A stretch of DNA of 64,000 nt from positions 27,977 through 91,976 of the IMG/VR virus record IMGVR_UViG_3300028908_000005; one strand, given 5' to 3'. The DNA comes from a virus. The translations under genes and the position numbers were made by a program. Position 1 is the stretch's first letter. Every line of letters begins with the position of its first letter. Positions 16,501 through 23,799 of the stretch are shown here, in pieces. The notes under the pieces were generated by a model. It had not been told where the DNA came from, searched no databases, and saw only the letters and a list, made by a program, of their open reading frames with translations.

Positions 16501-16915
16501 ACGCGAAACGATATTGATCCAGTCAGGCTATCCGCTGCAGAAGATCATGGCCTGCAGCCTTGTACGCAGCGCTCGGCAGGCTCCGTGCCAGTTCATACCG
16601 GCTACGATGCAGCATCCGCGCGATCACTACAACGTCGACAAGGCCAGAACGCTGCTGCTTACGTGTGCCATGATCAAACTTGGGCGGCTCAGATTCTTTC
16701 AGAACGATTACATCTCGGAATCAGAGCCGGGGCTTATCCGCGATTTCTTGGCCCTCGTTGAAGATAAAATCAGCTCGCAAGCCGCTGCTGAGATTTACCG
16801 AATCACGAAGATCGCGAATAAATCTGACGATTTTGCGCAAGCCGTCAACTTCGCCTGCGTCGCTATCTGGCACGCCACGCGGTCCTGGCCAAACTTGGCG
16901 CTCGGCAACAACTAG
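13568..16915 (+). CDS. terL: Terminase large subunit (lambda GpA-like) containing an intein
   Basis: Walker A-like KTGRQVGKT, IRG.FADELSEDE|CQD Walker B split by the intein, STGTPK coupling motif, Zn-ribbon segment, FYNEVLGEAY, RNase H-like nuclease LGVDWG...DDFAQA. Confidence 0.92.
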   Translation: MSNLHTATQLPETFTRVFELQRSDGTAIRDEERLSRFVHLIQNKRIHSFVHALPLILNLKGRPYTLKDHAPFEELFRFKQPRRTTYKTGRQVGKTVSQAAAIVARLASMPNKYHPEPHTMLHITPLYEQIRRFSTMFLGPFLQTSPIRQLLVDPRCVESVLHRTFRNGSQILLSFTGIGPEPNRIRGAFADELSEDESVTGDTLLTTPLGQIPIKDARPGDIVKCFTEDNHVRWTTVSKVWYAGRRHCYRITLEDGSYVDSTSESYVATDSGCFRVSQLIEIAAGSRSCATRNRTSEQEQTTEPTAAAASVRDDARRRASDAARCLRGDTELRVQGIPLGKVHDIVRLRLRRTVEATETRNRLLVGEILDCRHTGISVPTAALVPGRPQTRKSRNLADYRRTRIFGLRNVVDMRRRNQMGSEVLAYTKPLYARFSTKRCRTFVELADGTRLSIIDSRADPVQKAVVYPDVCNGVSRTADAETDTFGTSYYAIQGGCYWEERHGNLSVLQTTIPVENVAASDRPRVVPLLRQPRVQVCQEEVHAPTRTVQARRQSQTAASKKRIRATKQSRNLRQKRRMGQKQSGQGSRNLATRRRQETPQATRSYAAVRHLRQTNQIGTRHETYANRLRRLPAGTAAATGQDRLLQAPHAYRQDTGTTRSRSCENASPEKVDWRRIVSIEYVGIRDVYDVETAGPHTVILNGHARPQCQDIDPSHEGVVDETMSHSTWAVKKSTGTPKTLDNLLQIKWEESSQAEWFVPCFHCTTNGHPTYNIPSIEYHLDAMIGPWREDISDKSPATICYKCGKPISPRFGRWVHRYKARRWTHAGYHIPQIIMPIHFADPNKWSTLLLKRRTLPAYLFYNEVLGEAYDTAAKLVTLADLNKAAVLWPNDDHEALQRRRNYSLVVLGVDWGGGGKAGDSYTTLALVGVLPTGELNVIWGKRLLTPHDHIREAKEIIHYCNMFSPDFVAHDYTGGGSLRETILIQSGYPLQKIMACSLVRSARQAPCQFIPATMQHPRDHYNVDKARTLLLTCAMIKLGRLRFFQNDYISESEPGLIRDFLALVEDKISSQAAAEIYRITKIANKSDDFAQAVNFACVAIWHATRSWPNLALGNN
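14159..15688 (+). mobile_element. Intein (510 aa) in the terminase Walker B
   Basis: N-terminal Hint region SVTGDTLLTTPLGQIPIKDARPGDIV...YRITLEDG; C-terminal RIVSIEYVGIRDVYDVET.GPHTVILNG..RPQ followed by Cys+1. Removing it restores ...EDE-CQD. Confidence 0.88.
14340..15596 (+). CDS. LAGLIDADG homing endonuclease with basic/Zn-finger C-terminus, nested in the +1 frame within the intein
   Basis: Two LAGLIDADG motifs (VYGTMLGDG, WWICDDG), LSLCTHAF, VHPTMLYKV, then CxxC pairs. Start codon uncertain. Confidence 0.88.
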   Translation: MSTAHQNRTWPQIPDAFEYRNSSKLPPEAAAAQREIVLANKNKPLNQQQLQLVYGTMLGDGHLTPRGAYVATQSYAFREYHWAKYTILSDYVYGVPSKQQKRGTDFWSVKFWTAATPELASLRQLWYPDGHKRVNREILQTIDELGFLDCVMWWICDDGTRWGPKYSPTLSLCTHAFPQSDVELLSNWLMEHGYRSSIREQTQYRKPLYTLMFATESAVRLMRKLTPLVHPTMLYKVAVTGRNDTEICLFCKQPFQLKTLRRRTDLAWFPCCDNPACKSAKKKFMRQRELSKPGAKAKRQQAKREYVQRNKAAIYAKNAEWARNNPDKVREIWRRADAKKRRKQQEAMPPCVICGKQIKLERGMKHTRTACGGCQPELLRRRAKIAYYKRRMRTAKTQEQREAAAAKMQALKKSIGVE

Positions 16916-19578
16916 CCGTAGACGCGTAATGTGCTGCTATCGTTCCACCAGCGAAACGATATGAACCAGCCCGGATTCTCCGCGTCGCCGACGCCTACCA
17001 GCTTGCTCGCTGCTGCCAGCCGTTTGGTAACGTCGTCCGGATCCGGGATCGGCACCCGCCACTTGTCGGCAATCAACAGTAGCGTCGCCTGCGGTATGAA
17101 CACAGTACGCCGAGACGGTTTGTCTATTTGCAGCAATGACAACTCTCGCCGCCGTTTCTCGTACTTCGGATTGTACAAGGCCAATTTGCCGTCGCTGACC
17201 GCCTCTCGCAGCGTATCGCGGAACAGCGCTGCCCACTCGGTCGTGTCCGAAGTATCCGTCAACAGCCGTAACGCTGCACGTTCCAAAGCGTCCGCATCGC
17301 CTGCAGCCATACTGAGCATGTCATGCAAAATGAACCTAACAAACCCCTCTCTAGCGTTAAGCAATCGCTGGGGATCTTTGGCGTACCGCTGCAGCCATGC
17401 CACCATGACAGCGCCAGCATGCCGTAGGAACCGCTCTGCGCCTACGTGACGCGTTTCGTCGCGAATTACGGTCCAGGAGCCCTGTAGGGCCAACCAAGGC
17501 GCCCAGGGCCGCGGAAACGCCATAACAGCGGCCTTTTCACTCCCGTCTTGGACCCATGTAAGCCGTTTTGCCGTTGGGTAACCGCGGCGGACCTCGACGA
17601 TTGCCGGCCAACGGCGTCCGCGGAGCCTGGCCTGCAGCTCACGGGCAAATTCTGCTTCGCTGTAGCTTGCTTGCAGTTTGATCGTATCGCAGCCGCAAGC
17701 CGCCGCCGTCAGGCTGCCGATCGTTTCGGCGCCGGTGCCGGTCAGCGCAACGCCGCGAGGCTTGATGACCCCCAATACCGAAACGACGTTAGCCGCAACG
17801 GCTGCCAACGTCGCCCAAAATACGGGTAGGGCAGGATGAGTGTCTGTCAGCTCATCCCACGGTACGCCTTGCTCGTCCGGGTTAGGAAACGGATCCGACG
17901 CGTTTAGCAAAGATTCCGTATCCGCGCTTACGTCCTTTGCGACAATGCGACCGCCGAGCTCGACTACAAATCGCGGGAAACGGAAGCCTGCAGCATCACC
18001 ATCCCACCCTATCCGGTTGTCTATGTTGCCGGCGCGCGGCGGATGCAGCTGCATGGCGATGTCGATAGCATGCTTCGACAACGTCGGCAAATACCGCATC
18101 ACACCAAGGCCGGCATCGAGTATCTTGTCCCGCATCCATCGAAACGTGTTCTGCTCGATCGTTTCGACAAGCTCGCAAAACTCCAGTGTGCTACCGGCAT
18201 ATTCGATATGCCCCGCATAGTACGTGTCTTGCGTATCTTTACTGTGGATGACGTTCGTTATCCGGAGTTTCGCATCGCATACGCAAGTCATATCTTTCTG
18301 CAGGAACCAGCCTGCTGCCGTCTCGATTACGACACGGTTACCGACAGCCGCGCGCCCGTAGCTCGCCGCTGGTTTGGCAGCTCTTATCGCACGGGAGATC
18401 GGGCGTGTCAGCATGTTATGCAACGAAATTTCAGCGCTTGGCGGCAGGTCCAGATCCTGTGCGTAAATCTGTATTTGGTCGAGTTTTGCCTCACGCAATT
18501 CCCGGTGCAACACGATACGCCATTCTTTTGCCGTTTTTGAGATGGCTTCGAGAAACGCTACTGGTCGCACCTGTAAATGTCCGCTGCCGCAGTGTACGCG
18601 GGCGTCGAGCCTGGCCGCCAAGTTGAATACTGCCGGTGACGGCTCGCAGCACCAGATTACGTAGTCCTTTCGCGGCAGATTGTCTAATGCGACCCGTGGG
18701 AAGCATAGCGGTTGTTTCTTTGTCCTGAGCCGGCCCAAGTAAGTCGCCAGCAGCGGCAGCGTTGTCGCCGTATCGCGGCTGTGTCGCAGGTGTAACAGCA
18801 ACGCTGCAGCCGGGTCAGTCGCAATCACTGTTGTGTTGCAGTGCAGCGGATGCGGGCGATATTCTGCGTCCCACGTCAAGAAACCGACGTCGGCAGTGTC
18901 GCCGCTGACACCGCTTAACGGTAGGTACGTCGCGAACTCCGGGGCATCCAAGCGGTCTGCTACGAAGAACCCGCAAACATGCTTCGGAGCGTCGAAAACA
19001 GGCGATATGATCAGCTCGCTTTTGGTCATTCCGGTCAGCATCTTAACGACGCCGAAGACCTTCGAATCGCCGTCGCGAAGCTGCTCGACAATCTGGTTTC
19101 CGAACATTGTGCCCAATAGCCAACCTACACGGCTTCGCCAAACCTCGCTCGGCAACATGTATGCGGCCGCGCCGGAGGCAAACAATGTCCGAAGATTCCG
19201 CGTGTGCTGCAGATTAGCTACGGCATCGCTGAAGATGTCGAGGGCTTTCGCGTTCTTCCCGACAGCCGCCAGATATTCGCCAAAAGTGTTATGCTCGATA
19301 GCCAAATCACGGACAGTCTCGATCTCTGAACGCCAGTGTAAAATGGCTTTTTCTTGGTCTACATCCAGATATTTGGCCAATAGTGATGTAAAATCACCAT
19401 AAGAGCCGCAGCGAGAACAATGATGCCACGGTACGCCAACTATGGTATCCTGGTAAAGCGTAAGCGTTGTATTACCGCATAAGGGGCATCTGACACGCAT
19501 CGGCAGTGCTGTGCCTGTCGCAGACGTGTCGATTAGCTTAAGTAAGTCATACCACCGCAAATATGAGCCTAATTGCAT
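16912..19578 (-). CDS. Large protein with N-terminal primase-type Zn finger (primase/helicase-like, divergent)
   Basis: CPLCG...WHHCSRCGSYGD resembles a primase zinc-binding domain; IGWD...FRFP resembles DUF927-type regions; no intact Walker A seen. Confidence 0.5.
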   Translation of the reverse strand: MQLGSYLRWYDLLKLIDTSATGTALPMRVRCPLCGNTTLTLYQDTIVGVPWHHCSRCGSYGDFTSLLAKYLDVDQEKAILHWRSEIETVRDLAIEHNTFGEYLAAVGKNAKALDIFSDAVANLQHTRNLRTLFASGAAAYMLPSEVWRSRVGWLLGTMFGNQIVEQLRDGDSKVFGVVKMLTGMTKSELIISPVFDAPKHVCGFFVADRLDAPEFATYLPLSGVSGDTADVGFLTWDAEYRPHPLHCNTTVIATDPAAALLLHLRHSRDTATTLPLLATYLGRLRTKKQPLCFPRVALDNLPRKDYVIWCCEPSPAVFNLAARLDARVHCGSGHLQVRPVAFLEAISKTAKEWRIVLHRELREAKLDQIQIYAQDLDLPPSAEISLHNMLTRPISRAIRAAKPAASYGRAAVGNRVVIETAAGWFLQKDMTCVCDAKLRITNVIHSKDTQDTYYAGHIEYAGSTLEFCELVETIEQNTFRWMRDKILDAGLGVMRYLPTLSKHAIDIAMQLHPPRAGNIDNRIGWDGDAAGFRFPRFVVELGGRIVAKDVSADTESLLNASDPFPNPDEQGVPWDELTDTHPALPVFWATLAAVAANVVSVLGVIKPRGVALTGTGAETIGSLTAAACGCDTIKLQASYSEAEFARELQARLRGRRWPAIVEVRRGYPTAKRLTWVQDGSEKAAVMAFPRPWAPWLALQGSWTVIRDETRHVGAERFLRHAGAVMVAWLQRYAKDPQRLLNAREGFVRFILHDMLSMAAGDADALERAALRLLTDTSDTTEWAALFRDTLREAVSDGKLALYNPKYEKRRRELSLLQIDKPSRRTVFIPQATLLLIADKWRVPIPDPDDVTKRLAAASKLVGVGDAENPGWFISFRWWNDSSTLRVYG

Positions 19579-19590
19579 GAGGGTTTCCCG

Positions 19591-20760
19591 ATGACGCAGC
19601 AAAATTCACCTGTTGCCGTACTCCCTCCGGATGGGAGCAGCCAGCATCTTTACAAATTGGCGCAAGCTTACGGCTTACCGCAATTCGTAAAAGATGCGTC
19701 TTTGACAGACGTTCAAGCCGTTGACAATCTAGGGTCGCATATGTTCGCAGACCCGCTGCGGCGACGATTTCCATGCCACTCGGCGGCTGCGACTTGGATC
19801 AGCGCTGCCGCTTTTGCCGAAAGCCAAGATAGTGGCGATAGCAAAATCGAGCATCGCATCAAGCAAGCTGCAGCTTATTTCGGCGTGCTGCCAGACGTCG
19901 AAAATGTCATGGCCAAAATCGCTGCCGACAACGTAGTCGACGAAGATGCGCTGCCAGACGACGTATTTGCTATTGTACGCCAATTCGAAGATGGTACCAA
20001 GCAGCGACATTACCCGCTGCGTAACACTGCCGAGATCCGCAAGGCCGCAGAGTATGTCGTTAAGCATCGCCGTGACCTGCGGTTCGCCGATCGTCACACA
20101 ATTGCAAGTAAAGTCCTCGAAAAAGCAGCCGAGTTCGGCGCCGACATCGCCGAGCATCGCGATATGCTCGAAAAGCTTGCTGCCCGCGGTATTTGCGCCA
20201 AGAGCGACGCGATCAAGATGATCGACAAACGCGTCCGATCGCTACGCGGTCAACAGCCCAAGATAGCAGAGCAACTGCAGAAGCTGGCTGAAACGATCGA
20301 CAAGATCGAAGATATCCATTTCGCGCACGAATCGTTTGTCAAACTGGCCGAAATTATCGACGACTTTGACCACCAACATCGGCTCGTCCAAGCATATGGC
20401 GATTACTACGAGCCGCCGGAAGACGTGCTGTTTGCAGTAACCGAGAAACTAGCAGCCGAGCAATCGAACGCGTTGATCGGTACAGTTACCGGCAATTACT
20501 ACCGCAAAGACGACCTACGCAATGTCTCGCCTGGTGTGCTGCGAGATCACCTCGGCGACGACTTCGCCGAAACTGTCAGTGCCGGCCCTTGGTTGAATAT
20601 CGAGAAGTTCGCCGAAATCGTGCCGACGCTGCCGCGAGACGACGCCGAAGTGCTTGATATAGCATTGCAAGACGCCGGCATTACGCCATTCGCCCAATCC
20701 ACCCCGACGCAGCCGCGAAAGAAATCGGCTGCGTCAGGGCTGTGGGCCGCGTTTGCTTAA
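19591..20760 (+). CDS. Hypothetical protein, possibly head-associated
   Basis: Two related motifs: FADPLRRRFPCHSAA and FAIV...RHYPLRNTAEI. Confidence 0.75.
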   Translation: MTQQNSPVAVLPPDGSSQHLYKLAQAYGLPQFVKDASLTDVQAVDNLGSHMFADPLRRRFPCHSAAATWISAAAFAESQDSGDSKIEHRIKQAAAYFGVLPDVENVMAKIAADNVVDEDALPDDVFAIVRQFEDGTKQRHYPLRNTAEIRKAAEYVVKHRRDLRFADRHTIASKVLEKAAEFGADIAEHRDMLEKLAARGICAKSDAIKMIDKRVRSLRGQQPKIAEQLQKLAETIDKIEDIHFAHESFVKLAEIIDDFDHQHRLVQAYGDYYEPPEDVLFAVTEKLAAEQSNALIGTVTGNYYRKDDLRNVSPGVLRDHLGDDFAETVSAGPWLNIEKFAEIVPTLPRDDAEVLDIALQDAGITPFAQSTPTQPRKKSAASGLWAAFA

Positions 20761-21098
20761 CGATCTTCGTTACGCCTGAGCGTCGGCGGCTCCGCGTCGT
20801 CGGCGCTTTTTTCGTCAGTGTCCTCCGTGTTGTCGTCGTTTTCTTCGTCGACAGCTTTTTCGCCTTGCAGCTCTTCTGCTTTGCTTTCTAGCCGCATAAG
20901 TGTCAGCTCGATAGCTTGCAGTCTTGCGTTCAGATGCGCGTAATCGCTAGAGATCGCTTCGACGTCAAGTGCATTATTGAGCAGTTTGTACATCCTGTCG
21001 TTGATCGCTGATATCACGTCCAGCGTGTCTGACGTCAGGATGTAGTTGTAGATCAGAATGGCGACAACAACGAGCCAGGCTACGACTGCTGAAGACAT
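20757..21098 (-). CDS. Membrane-anchored coiled-coil protein
   Basis: N-terminal TM helix, acidic tail. Confidence 0.65.
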   Translation of the reverse strand: MSSAVVAWLVVVAILIYNYILTSDTLDVISAINDRMYKLLNNALDVEAISSDYAHLNARLQAIELTLMRLESKAEELQGEKAVDEENDDNTEDTDEKSADDAEPPTLRRNEDR

Positions 21099-21769
21099 AT
21101 AGGCTCCTTATAGCAAATCCCGCACTGTGTGCAGGTTACCTCATGATGTTGGTTGATGCCGTTCTCTGCCGGACATACCGGCTTGCCGGCGACTGTCGTT
21201 TGCCGGGTATCTCGCATGACGCGAAACACGAGATCGACATATGCAGGCACCCTATCGCAGTCTTCCGGTACGAGCATCCATGCCACACGAACATTCTTCC
21301 ACCGTGGCGGCCTGCCAGATTCGCGATGCGTTTCGCGGTCGGTCGACCACCAGAGTGACATGTTCGGCAATTCCGCCAGCTCACGTAAGGCTTTACGGAG
21401 CCGCGGTAGCCGCCAAGATCGTGTGTACGCCCAAAACCGCGTTTCGGGGCATGCTTTGATAATGGCAATCCATTTGCGTACATATGCCGCAGAGTAAAAG
21501 TCTCCGCTAACGTGAATACGCACTAAACTGCGGCGACGCAAGCGATTGATAGTTTCAATCATCTCGCGCGCAAATTCGCGACTTTCCGCTCGCGAAAGAC
21601 GTTTCTCGTTTGCGCTGCTCACAATATTGTTGGCAAACCGACGGTGCTTTGCGTAGCAATGCTGGCGACACAGCTCGGTTGCACCGGGGCAGGTAACGTC
21701 TGCTGGTATGCTAAAACCGCGGACGTTTTTGCCTACCTTGATGTTCGGTTTCGAGAGCAGCAGCGTCAA
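21080..21769 (-). CDS. Phage GP88-family protein (radical-SAM-like Cys motif)
   Basis: N.KVG...FSIPA..TCPG....C...CYA, RIHVSGDFYS, FWAYTRSW, C-terminal CP...C..C..C. Confidence 0.8.
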   Translation of the reverse strand: MTLLLSKPNIKVGKNVRGFSIPADVTCPGATELCRQHCYAKHRRFANNIVSSANEKRLSRAESREFAREMIETINRLRRRSLVRIHVSGDFYSAAYVRKWIAIIKACPETRFWAYTRSWRLPRLRKALRELAELPNMSLWWSTDRETHRESGRPPRWKNVRVAWMLVPEDCDRVPAYVDLVFRVMRDTRQTTVAGKPVCPAENGINQHHEVTCTQCGICYKEPICLQQS

Positions 21770-22795
21770 CTAACCGATTCTCCGCAGGCGACGACGCACA
21801 GCATGCGTTGTCGCAGCATCGTTGGCGATGTTGACAACCGGTTCGACGGCTTGTGCTAAAGCATTAGCGGCCGCGCGATCTTCTGCGTTCAGCGCTGCGA
21901 TGTCCGCGTTGCTGAGCATTTGATCGAGACGGGAAACTTGTCGCATAATATCTTCGTCCTGCACGAAGCTGAAACCGCGAAGCAGTTCGACGGCTTCGGC
22001 AACCTGCCGTAAAGTTCCTTGTTTAACTACGCGCCGGCGCCGCAAGCTTTCGAGCAGATTCGCCGTTGCTTCGTGCAGCCGCTGCCGAGGCTCGGCAATG
22101 ATCTGCTCGACAAGCGTATCAGCGAACCTGGCGACGCGCTCCCGCAAAGCTTCGGCCAGATGCGGGTTTTGCGTCAACGGTCCGGCGTCGATATCGTCCA
22201 GTACCAGCCGTAAGCGTTCGGCCCGGTCGTTGTCGCCGGCAGCCGCCAACGCGCGGTACGCGTCACGGAGCACCGCTCTGTGCTCCGGCCCGAGGTTGTT
22301 GCCGTTGATCGGCACGACCATCGTCGCGAAATCGAATTTGTTCGCGATCGCGTCGGCACTCGGCAACTTCTCGATAAGCTCGTCTGCCACGATAATCGAG
22401 ATTCGCTGCAACCGTTGCCGAATATTGTGCAAAATATCCGGATATGCGGCGACAAACGAATCGCGGTGCGCAAGGAAGTCATGCCGAATCTCTTCAAGCT
22501 GCCTGAACACGTCGTCAGCTCGTGTTGCCGGCAACAGTGACAGCTTGCTATGGCTGATCGCGTGGCGATGCAGCACTTTTCTCGCTAAGTACTCATCGGT
22601 GCGAAACGTCTTGCTCCACCGCTCAGGCATCAGATGCCACTGCGGGTCGGTGCAAAAGTCGTCACGTACCGGCACGGTCTCATTGCCAGCCGATACGTTG
22701 ACGACAGCATCTCGCATATGCCGACGCAGCCGCGGCCAGCGGATCGTCAGATCCACGACCACGACGTTCTGCTTGATCGTATCAAGTGTTGGCAT
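21770..22795 (-). CDS. DUF3150-like helical protein
   Basis: VVVDLTIRW start, helical body with FVAAYPD and LPSADAIANKFDF; lies downstream of the AAA/DUF1257/DUF2997 module. Confidence 0.55.
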   Translation of the reverse strand: MPTLDTIKQNVVVVDLTIRWPRLRRHMRDAVVNVSAGNETVPVRDDFCTDPQWHLMPERWSKTFRTDEYLARKVLHRHAISHSKLSLLPATRADDVFRQLEEIRHDFLAHRDSFVAAYPDILHNIRQRLQRISIIVADELIEKLPSADAIANKFDFATMVVPINGNNLGPEHRAVLRDAYRALAAAGDNDRAERLRLVLDDIDAGPLTQNPHLAEALRERVARFADTLVEQIIAEPRQRLHEATANLLESLRRRRVVKQGTLRQVAEAVELLRGFSFVQDEDIMRQVSRLDQMLSNADIAALNAEDRAAANALAQAVEPVVNIANDAATTHAVRRRLRRIG

Positions 22796-23090
22796 ACTTC
22801 GTGTTTTCTCGCATGTATTCGAGTTCAGCAGCGATAGCTGCATCCTTCGTCGGATAAGGCCCAAGTACCGGGCCGCCGACGGGCAACATGTCTGCCCACC
22901 ACATCTCTGGTCGTATCCGTACCTGACAGTGTTTCTGCAGGTACGCACGAGCTTCCGGGCTCAACGAGTCCCGTGTTTCGACGTGTGAATTTCGCGTAAT
23001 CGCCGCTACCTCGCCAATCGCGTTAAGCCACGGCTGCTCGTCTTCCAACAAGTTAACAATGGTCCCGTCAGCTTTGACTACAAATTCCAT
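22782..23090 (-). CDS. Hypothetical protein of the AAA module
   Basis: VKADGTI...ITRNSHVE...WWADMLPVGGPVLGPY.TK..AI.AE. Confidence 0.7.
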   Translation of the reverse strand: MEFVVKADGTIVNLLEDEQPWLNAIGEVAAITRNSHVETRDSLSPEARAYLQKHCQVRIRPEMWWADMLPVGGPVLGPYPTKDAAIAAELEYMRENTKYANT

Positions 23091-23120
23091 GATGCAGTAT
23101 CCGGATACTGGGTTTGTGTG

Positions 23121-23156
23121 AAAAACAAACCGCTGCGGATTGTGTATCCGCAGCGG
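23121..23156 (-). terminator. Intrinsic terminator
   Basis: CCGCTGCGGAT-N5-ATCCGCAGCGG followed by TTTGTTTTT on the minus strand. Confidence 0.75.
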
Positions 23157-23176
23157 CCCAGGAGAAGGAGGAACCG

Positions 23177-23374
23177 CTAGTTGCGGTTCTCAGCTTGGAT
23201 TTTCGCAGATTCGCCGTGAGCATAAAACTCCGGTTTCAGCTGCCGCTCCCCAAGCTGCTCGCCGAAAATGTTTTCAAACGGCGCCGACAGATCGGTGCAC
23301 GACGCGCCCTTGGCGCCGTCGACGCTCACTTCGACGGTGCCGTCACGTTTTGCTGTAATGATGATTTTAGCCAA
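23177..23374 (-). CDS. DUF2997-family protein
   Basis: TTG start; IIITAKRDGTVEVSVDGAKGASC..L...FE..G...RQLKPEFY. Confidence 0.85.
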   Translation of the reverse strand: MAKIIITAKRDGTVEVSVDGAKGASCTDLSAPFENIFGEQLGERQLKPEFYAHGESAKIQAENRN

Positions 23375-23786
23375 CTGCGTACCCTCCTTCGCCAGCCTGC
23401 TCGTCGCCGCCGTCGACACCATAGCCGCCGACATTAACAGTAATTTTGATGTCGCCGTTATCCAGCGTAGCCACTTCGTAATTGGCCCCAAGCGCTTCGG
23501 CCTGCATGGTAGCTGCCTCGACGGCATACTTTTGCAGCATGTTGTCGAGATCGTGCTGATCGCCCCAGCGGCCCTCGTAGTTGTCGAACGCGACCTCGCC
23601 GGTCTGCGTATCGACGACGATGGGATACCGCCAATTCGGCAATGAGATGCCGATGCCGGTAGCCGAACCGCTGTAAAATTGATAACGGTCGTTGCCAAGC
23701 AGCTTGGCGCCGGCGATCTTGCTCAAGGCGCGCTTCAGCGCCGTGAGATTCTTGACTGTTGTTTTACGCTTCACAGTATGCGACAT
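23367..23786 (-). CDS. DUF1257 (Ycf35-like) protein
   Basis: MSH...T.VKN..ALKRAL, WRYPIVVD..TG...FDNYEGRWG...L.Q.YA.E, G.IK.TV. Confidence 0.85.
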   Translation of the reverse strand: MSHTVKRKTTVKNLTALKRALSKIAGAKLLGNDRYQFYSGSATGIGISLPNWRYPIVVDTQTGEVAFDNYEGRWGDQHDLDNMLQKYAVEAATMQAEALGANYEVATLDNGDIKITVNVGGYGVDGGDEQAGEGGYAVG

Positions 23787-23799
23787 TAGCAACTTCCTC

